DNA of 64,000 nucleotides from a virus (Duplodnaviria; Caudoviricetes): IMG/VR virus record IMGVR_UViG_3300028888_002023, positions 12,176 to 76,175 of that record; one strand, 5' to 3'. Shown piece by piece: positions 57,324 to 64,000 of this stretch (position 1 is its first letter; each line of letters starts with the position of its first letter). The notes under the pieces were generated by a model. It saw only the letters and a program-made list of their open reading frames with translations, ran no database searches and was not told where the DNA came from. The position numbers and the translations under genes were made by a program.

Positions 57324-59542
57324 TGGCTACTAATAATAATTCAAGAACTCCAGAACAGCAAACCGCAGTTATGATGAAGCAGGTACTAACTCAATTAGGG
57401 TACCTTAATAATACCTTTGGTGATGTTAGAAATACTTTAAATGAAATAGCTGTTGGTAATGCTCAAGAGAAGGACCGTTTAACTGATATGATGTCTAAAA
57501 TGTTGGACTCTTTGGGGAAATTAGGTCCTGAAATGCGTGTAGCTATGAAGGAAGCTAAGAGTTCTGAAGATATATTAGAGGCTTTTAATAAAGCACTTCA
57601 TGGTAACACTGGTTTTACATCTGGTCAAAAAGATGCTAATAATCCCTTACTGAATAGTATTTTAGCCTCTTTAGAACAAATTAGAGAAGATAATGAAGCG
57701 TATACTACGGCTGTAATGCAGTTAATGCAAGATAATCAAACCGATTTTAAAGCAACATTTACTTCATTTGGTGATAGAATTACTAAGTCTATAGAAGATT
57801 CTAACCAAGCCCTAATTGATAATATTAATAGTAGTGAAAAAAATAGTTTACGACTTTTAGGAAATAAAGAAGACCGTGACCGTAATATGCAGAAAAGTTT
57901 TTTAGCCAAATTAGGTGGTTTGTTAGCAAATTCTAAGCCTGCTAAAACTGCTAAAGGTGCTCTTAAGAACTTTTTAGATTTTTCATTACTTTATCAAGCT
58001 AGTTTACCGGGAACTTCTGAGTTCAGACGAAAATTAAATTTAGCTATGGTAAAAGCAAATGTGCCAGAATTGGCTATTGATGCTTTTGGACTAGCAATAG
58101 CTATGGCTTTCGGAGGTCCTATAGCTGGAAGATTATTTAAAGGACCAGCAGGTAAAGCAATGTCTAATGCTTTACCAAAAATTTTTAGGGGTAGTGGTAA
58201 ATGGGCACCTTGGCAGAAAAGTTATGCTCAAGAATTAAGAAATGCTCGCTATGCTGTTAAATATAGTCATGGTACAAATCCAATGTCAGAACTTATGCAT
58301 GTTAAAGAAAAATATTCTGGCATGTATAGAACTGCTCAAATAGGGGACCAATGGGTTACACAAGGAGTCAAAAATGCTCATAATGCTAAATTAGCATTAA
58401 ATGCGACTAAAATTGGAGCAGGAGGATTACTCAGAGGTCCTGTAGGTTTATTAGCATCTTTAGTAGCTACCCCAGCAGCTAATTTTGCAACTGGTTTAGG
58501 AGCCGACCCTAGATGGGCACATAGTATTTCTGGGGCTGTACAAGGGGCTGCTTGGGGAACAATGGGCGGTCCTTGGGGTATAGCAATTGGAGCTGGTTTA
58601 GGTGCAATTATTGGTCTTATTAAAGGAAATAATGATAAGAAGGAAAAAGAAGAAGCTGAAAAGAAAAAATTAGCTAACAGTCAATTAAAAGTTTTAGAGG
58701 ATATTAAAGAAGGTCAAGAGAAAAAACATTGGTGGGAATTTGGTAAAGACAAGAAAACATTAGGAGATGACCCAAAGCCAACTCGTGGCTCTAAAAAAGC
58801 AGTTCCGATAAATAATGAATTAACATCAGGTGCTTTTAGGGTTGATACAGATGGTGATTATAAAATAGATGTAGAAAGGTGGTTATCTAATAATTCTAAT
58901 TATAAAAATTTAATTGATGACGCTGGTTATAAAGCAGGTTTATATAGTTTAAGAAAAAAGAATGGAGTGTTTACTGATTTCCCTAATGATTCTACCATTA
59001 TGAATAAAGGGGCAATTCATACATTAGACCAATTTCTTTTGTCAGACCTTGGTAAAAGATGGCAGAATAAACTTTATGTTACTTCTGGAACTGCTACCAA
59101 AACAAGTCCTCACACTAAAGGTGGAGACCATAATGGGGGTGTAGCTTTTGACTTAGCTTTAAAAGAAGGTGTTACTGGGAACTTACATGATTTACAAGCT
59201 GATTTAGCTAGATTTGGTGCTAGAACGAATAAACAAGGTATAATACAATCATTTGTTGAGGATGAAGGGACACCTAACTATCATGTTCACTGGGCACCTT
59301 TGGCAGAAACTATTCAAAAGAATGCTAAAGTTGATGTTGCTACAGAAAATGGTAAAGTTTTATGGAGAGACCCTGAAGCAAATAGTAAATTAAAAAGTGA
59401 TGCTTCTAATGCTTCAAATAATTTGATTTCTATGGCTCCATCTAATCAAATTTCTTTAGTACCAACAGGTAATGATACTTATTCAGCGTATGCAACAAAT
59501 AGTTTACTATTGCTTGGTGATAGTCCGTATAGTTTTGCCTAG
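57323..59542 (+). CDS. Tape-measure-like protein with C-terminal LAS/M15-type metallopeptidase motif
   Basis: Helical N-half, Gly/Ala-rich hydrophobic segment, HTKGGDHNGGVAFD..YHVH. Confidence 0.65.
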   Translation: MATNNNSRTPEQQTAVMMKQVLTQLGYLNNTFGDVRNTLNEIAVGNAQEKDRLTDMMSKMLDSLGKLGPEMRVAMKEAKSSEDILEAFNKALHGNTGFTSGQKDANNPLLNSILASLEQIREDNEAYTTAVMQLMQDNQTDFKATFTSFGDRITKSIEDSNQALIDNINSSEKNSLRLLGNKEDRDRNMQKSFLAKLGGLLANSKPAKTAKGALKNFLDFSLLYQASLPGTSEFRRKLNLAMVKANVPELAIDAFGLAIAMAFGGPIAGRLFKGPAGKAMSNALPKIFRGSGKWAPWQKSYAQELRNARYAVKYSHGTNPMSELMHVKEKYSGMYRTAQIGDQWVTQGVKNAHNAKLALNATKIGAGGLLRGPVGLLASLVATPAANFATGLGADPRWAHSISGAVQGAAWGTMGGPWGIAIGAGLGAIIGLIKGNNDKKEKEEAEKKKLANSQLKVLEDIKEGQEKKHWWEFGKDKKTLGDDPKPTRGSKKAVPINNELTSGAFRVDTDGDYKIDVERWLSNNSNYKNLIDDAGYKAGLYSLRKKNGVFTDFPNDSTIMNKGAIHTLDQFLLSDLGKRWQNKLYVTSGTATKTSPHTKGGDHNGGVAFDLALKEGVTGNLHDLQADLARFGARTNKQGIIQSFVEDEGTPNYHVHWAPLAETIQKNAKVDVATENGKVLWRDPEANSKLKSDASNASNNLISMAPSNQISLVPTGNDTYSAYATNSLLLLGDSPYSFA

Positions 59543-59551
59543 GAGAAATTA

Positions 59552-60373
59552 ATGAGTAGAAAGTTATATATTGAAGAAATGTTAGATTTAAGTAGTACAC
59601 AGGAAAAGGACCCAAAATTATATCCTGCTGGTGTAATTGATATAGATTGCCCTATAACTTCAGTAGCACCAATGAAAAATAATCCAGAAGTTGGTGCAAG
59701 AATGAGAATTAGGGCTCTTCTTGATACTGATATAAAGTTTAGTCTTTCTAATAAATGGGGAAGTTTAATTGATTTAGGTACCGAGTTAAGTGATTTTCAA
59801 CAGCTTTTAAATATAGGACATCATAATTTACTACAATGGATTTCAGCATCTTCAGTTGGTTGGAAGGGTTCAGAACCTTTACGTATCACATTTTCTTGTT
59901 ATCTTATAACTTATAAGTCAAAACAAATTAGTATTAAAGACCAAGCACAATCCCTTGTTAGTTTAGCAGCCTTATATGTTAATACTGATGGTAATCCTGT
60001 AATGAATCAAGCTACAGTAAAGGTGCACGGAGGATATGAACCTAAAGTATTTGTGGGAAATGTAGATTTACTTGGTGATAATACTACAATGGACACAAAC
60101 TTAAATACTGGAAAAAATAACAAATTACCTAGTACATCTTTTAGGGACATGTATACTGCTAATGGTGATAATACTGGACTTATAGCGATTCAATGGGGTG
60201 GACCTGATGGACCTAGAATTTCTGGGTTATTATTAGAACAATGTGAAGTTGAAATTAGTGCTGTGCAGTGTGCTCCGGGGAAACCTTTATGGATTAAATT
60301 AACTCCAACCCTTAGAACATTTAGGTCTATGACTACTAAAGATGTTGAAAGAATATTTGGGGGAAAAGCATAA
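59552..60373 (+). CDS. Baseplate tube initiator-like protein
   Basis: Position; LLLEQCEVE..PLWIKLT..RT pattern. Confidence 0.55.
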   Translation: MSRKLYIEEMLDLSSTQEKDPKLYPAGVIDIDCPITSVAPMKNNPEVGARMRIRALLDTDIKFSLSNKWGSLIDLGTELSDFQQLLNIGHHNLLQWISASSVGWKGSEPLRITFSCYLITYKSKQISIKDQAQSLVSLAALYVNTDGNPVMNQATVKVHGGYEPKVFVGNVDLLGDNTTMDTNLNTGKNNKLPSTSFRDMYTANGDNTGLIAIQWGGPDGPRISGLLLEQCEVEISAVQCAPGKPLWIKLTPTLRTFRSMTTKDVERIFGGKA

Positions 60374-60702
60374 TGTTTTCATTTAGAAATTATAAAAGTG
60401 ATGAAGTATACGATTTAGGTAAGTATTTAGATTTTAAAGTTGATGTTTATGATGTTATTAATTCACCATTTCTTTTAAAGTTAAAACAACTTCCTGTTGT
60501 GCAATATTATGAAGTTGATAAAGGATTTAGGGATATTGATTTAATATCAGTAGACGCTTATGGAAATTCTTTTTTAGGATTTTATATTCAGTTTTATAAC
60601 GATATATTTGATACCGTTATTCCAGAAGGTACAACTTTAAAGTTATTTAGTATAGATGACTTAAATGTATTATGTAGTGATATGAGTTTAGGTAATGTAT
60701 AA
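60373..60702 (+). CDS. Baseplate wedge protein (gp53-like)
   Basis: DIDLISVDAYGNSFLGFYIQFYNDI..IPEGTTLK (degenerate LysM-like). Confidence 0.7.
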   Translation: MFSFRNYKSDEVYDLGKYLDFKVDVYDVINSPFLLKLKQLPVVQYYEVDKGFRDIDLISVDAYGNSFLGFYIQFYNDIFDTVIPEGTTLKLFSIDDLNVLCSDMSLGNV

Positions 60703-63700
60703 TGTATGTACAAGGTAAAGGTTATTTAGATATTACAATAGGGAATTTTTCTAATTTTTTAAATACAGAAAATGAACTTGAACAATTTAGAGTTACCCAT
60801 CATTGTGGGGTAGCTGGAACTATATTTGAAATTGTTTTTAAAACTAGAAATAAATCTTTAGCCGACTTATTTGTTCAGAATAACTCTTTACATATATCTT
60901 ATGGAGAAACTCCTACAAAGGCTCATGAATTTGATGTATGGATTACTGAAGTAAAACAAGAAGAAGATAAACAAGGATTAATTAAAATAGCTTTTGGTGC
61001 TGTACCGAATGTAGAATTATTTACTGATAGAACCCCTTGGAATTTTTATGGAAACGCAGCTCAAACTCTTTCCACATATGCTCAAGATAAAATAGCTAAA
61101 AATACTACGGATGGGGTTGGAATGGATTGTTATTGTTACAGAATCCCTAATGCTAATTTTAAAGAAAAATGGGATAACTACTGGAAAATAGAGGAACCTC
61201 AATCTTGGTATAAAAATCAAGTAACTATGGCACAATTTATATTAGAGTTGTGGCTACATATGGATTTAGGTGATGACGTACCTTTATTATCTTTTGATAG
61301 ATATGGTAGTCACATACTTCTTAACACTATCAAAATATGTAAGAGTGTTGATATTAAAGATATAGCTCATTTTATTCCAGCTCCTAGGGATAGTAAAGAA
61401 AAAACTGATATTCTTTATATTGGACATTTTCACACTAAGTCATATAAATTTACTACAGGGTACGCAACTGGTTATGATACTGCTATTTATATAAATAAAC
61501 TTGAAGGTGGCAAAGATAGCGTATTTATTCCTAATAAAGAAGTAGAAATGGCAACTGGTAAAAAAGCTGAAAGAAGATTTACTGGTTATCGTGCTATGGA
61601 TAATAAATATCAAAATGAAAATACGCACGGTAAATATCAAGAATGTTATTATCATAATTATTATAAATTAGTGGATTTATCAAGTTTGGTTGGTAGTTTA
61701 GTTGTTAAGGGGGATGTGCCAGATACAATAGATTTAATTACTCCTGTTTATGTAGATTCTGGGGATTCTAAAACAAATGGTCGCTGGATTGTTAATACTA
61801 TTCAATCAACTTTTTCTCAAACTTCTGAATATACAACAACTGTTTTTGTATGCCGTGATAACTATAATAGAATTGAAGATTCTGAAGTTGCAGCCGATAA
61901 AAATGATGACCACCATATTATTAATATAACTAATCAACAAGTATCTGATGCTTTGCAGTCTGTAAGAAATCTTAGAATTGCGGTAGCAAGAGCACAAAAG
62001 CTATTAGATGGTACTGCAAAGGCTGAATTACAAAGTTATTGCCAGAAAGTTAAATATGATTTTCTTACCATGTTTAGGGTTAATGGAAGAGTTGTAGATT
62101 TAACTACCAGACTTGGTATGATGCATACACTTATTGTTCTAGGTAATGATATTATGAATGGTTTAATTGATAAATTATTCCCTTATCCATATAATATGGT
62201 GTTGCACGACTTTTTAATTAATAAACCTTCTTTATTAACATTGTTATCACAACTTATACAAAATGTATTACCAGCACAGTATAGGTCTTTATGGGGTGAC
62301 ATACTCGCATTATTGGCTGAAGTTAATTTAATTATGAGTACAATACATCAGAAAAATTCTAAACATGTATCTGCTCAAGTGGTACGTTCTGGTGATAGTT
62401 ATTCGTCAGATAGTGAAAATAAAAATGGAAATAGTAAAGTATTACAATTTAAAGAGGGTATTGATGGAGAATTTGAATTTGAAAATAATTCTTCAGCTAT
62501 TACAACTGATGAAATAGAAGGTGGAAATATGGCTATAGATAAAACTGAGGATAATATAGAAACTATTAGTAATATAACAGATGAAATGCTTGATAATATG
62601 GATGAATTAGATATTCCTATTCCTAATATCACATTAAATGAATCCGAATCATTATTAACTACAGAGGATTTGAAAGAAGCTGTTGCTGAAAAAGTAGAAG
62701 AACATTTAAGAAATCAAGGTTATCTTGATGGTGTTGAAACAGCATACTTTATATCTGTTTTACTTGGTAAGAAAAAATTAGACTTTAATACAATTAAGTT
62801 AATTAATAGCAACAAAGGTAATATGTTATATGCACGTTTCTGGGGCACTTATAGTGGCGAATTAAATAAATTAGGTAGAGTTATAGACATTACTAATAAT
62901 GTCATCACTGTGAGCCACGCAGACCTCTTAGATGAAGTTTTTGAAGATGACACTGTAGTTGTTTCTGGTATTCCTTATTCAAGTGGTTCATATACCGTTG
63001 ATTCAATTATTCGTAGACATATTGAAACAGAGAATGAAGACTACTATAATACTTTAATTACTACTAAAGAAAATATTCAAGAGTATACAGATACTCCTAT
63101 AAGAACTTATACAACTTTGTGCAAGGTTTCAAAGGTAACATTTGGGCACACTTTAGAAGTATATGATGCAGAAACTGATACAATGGTACCAGTGACAAAC
63201 TTAACAGCTATTCATATTCCCGGAAGAGTTGTTAGAGGTCAAGTTGAAAAATTCCTTGCACCAACATTACCTATTTCTATAACTAACTTAGGTCAAGATG
63301 GATATTGTTCTGTATATAGGTCTGAATATGATTCAAAAAATAAAGAAACAATAGTTTATACTCGTACAATTTTCAGTTATGATACTATTGAAAATGATAA
63401 TATGGTATTGCAAGTTGTTGTAGAATCTGATAGTGCAGCTTCTATATCTAAATTAAGCAATCATACATTTACAGAATTTTACATTAAAAACAGTTTCAAA
63501 GATATTTATGCAACTGTCCCTTGTACTAAAATTGTTAGTGCTTTGAGAAATTCTAAAGTATGGGTGGCATTACCACAAACTGAAGGGAATGTTTTATTCT
63601 ACTTAAATAATCAGCTTGCTGAAATGGATATTCTCAGTGGTGTAAATCTCGGTTTATATAATGCTGGAGGTGCTCCATTATACTATAATGTATTTATGAG

Positions 63701-63755
63701 CAAAGATACCTTCAACAGTAACAACGTAATATTAGAAATTAGGAAAGAGTCTTAA
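60702..63755 (+). CDS. Baseplate hub protein (gp27-like) with long C-terminal extension
   Basis: 1017 aa between gp53-like and gp5-like genes; NGRWIVNTIQSTF hub motif. Confidence 0.55.
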   Translation: MYVQGKGYLDITIGNFSNFLNTENELEQFRVTHHCGVAGTIFEIVFKTRNKSLADLFVQNNSLHISYGETPTKAHEFDVWITEVKQEEDKQGLIKIAFGAVPNVELFTDRTPWNFYGNAAQTLSTYAQDKIAKNTTDGVGMDCYCYRIPNANFKEKWDNYWKIEEPQSWYKNQVTMAQFILELWLHMDLGDDVPLLSFDRYGSHILLNTIKICKSVDIKDIAHFIPAPRDSKEKTDILYIGHFHTKSYKFTTGYATGYDTAIYINKLEGGKDSVFIPNKEVEMATGKKAERRFTGYRAMDNKYQNENTHGKYQECYYHNYYKLVDLSSLVGSLVVKGDVPDTIDLITPVYVDSGDSKTNGRWIVNTIQSTFSQTSEYTTTVFVCRDNYNRIEDSEVAADKNDDHHIINITNQQVSDALQSVRNLRIAVARAQKLLDGTAKAELQSYCQKVKYDFLTMFRVNGRVVDLTTRLGMMHTLIVLGNDIMNGLIDKLFPYPYNMVLHDFLINKPSLLTLLSQLIQNVLPAQYRSLWGDILALLAEVNLIMSTIHQKNSKHVSAQVVRSGDSYSSDSENKNGNSKVLQFKEGIDGEFEFENNSSAITTDEIEGGNMAIDKTEDNIETISNITDEMLDNMDELDIPIPNITLNESESLLTTEDLKEAVAEKVEEHLRNQGYLDGVETAYFISVLLGKKKLDFNTIKLINSNKGNMLYARFWGTYSGELNKLGRVIDITNNVITVSHADLLDEVFEDDTVVVSGIPYSSGSYTVDSIIRRHIETENEDYYNTLITTKENIQEYTDTPIRTYTTLCKVSKVTFGHTLEVYDAETDTMVPVTNLTAIHIPGRVVRGQVEKFLAPTLPISITNLGQDGYCSVYRSEYDSKNKETIVYTRTIFSYDTIENDNMVLQVVVESDSAASISKLSNHTFTEFYIKNSFKDIYATVPCTKIVSALRNSKVWVALPQTEGNVLFYLNNQLAEMDILSGVNLGLYNAGGAPLYYNVFMSKDTFNSNNVILEIRKES

Positions 63756-63784
63756 TTATATTTTACAACGGAGATAAGTAAGAC

Positions 63785-64000
63785 ATGTTAGTAAAACCTT
63801 TTGGTAATTTATTTGAAGCACAAAGACCTACTGAAGATGAAACATATAGGGGTATTGTTGTAGATAATCTGGACCCTAAAAAATTAGGTAGGGTTAAAGT
63901 TCTAATTTCTATTTATGAAGATTTAGATACAGATGATATCCCTTGGGCTTTTCCAATGCTTTCAACCTTTTTAGGTAACAGTCAAGATTCTATTTCTTTT
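63785..64000 (+). CDS. Baseplate central spike gp5/VgrG-like, N-terminal OB fold (partial)
   Basis: Not in ORF track. YRGIVVDNLDPKKLGRVKV..IPWAFP; SD GGAG; late motif at 63756-63765. Confidence 0.85.
   Translation, partial: MLVKPFGNLFEAQRPTEDETYRGIVVDNLDPKKLGRVKVLISIYEDLDTDDIPWAFPMLSTFLGNSQDSISF

Overview
A 64-kb piece of a large, very AT-rich, T4-like (myovirus) phage genome in the standard genetic code. Right half (34.0-64.0 kb, + strand): head/neck/tail module with terminase, an inserted SHMT (glyA), portal, prohead protease, a 1590-aa disordered protein, scaffold, major capsid, neck, sheath, tube, tape-measure-like and baseplate genes. Middle (26.4-34.0 kb): DenV-like, ferritin-like and nuclease genes, a likely replication origin (perfect 95-bp direct repeat, AT-rich tract) next to a primase, and a sigma-factor-like gene. 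Left half (1-26.3 kb, mostly - strand): tail fibre and accessory region. Its standout feature is a tightly packed operon of six paralogous radical SAM enzymes, a degenerate PLP-fold protein and a degenerate dUTPase-fold protein. The operon lies directly behind two paralogous Ser/Thr-rich proteins, one ending in NCSSC-S16-AFIVYMDI. It is followed by a GT2 glycosyltransferase and a giant tail protein with a CotH-like kinase domain; that gene runs off the window edge and is missing from the ORF track. I read this as a candidate phage-encoded, RiPP-like post-translational modification system for virion proteins (inference). Other signals: a recurrent late-promoter-like motif TTA(C/T)ATTTTA, apparent avoidance of GATC and CCWGG, a candidate +1 frameshift before the tape-measure gene, and beta-clamp-like motifs in internal head proteins. 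All family assignments come from motif recognition by eye; no database searches were run.
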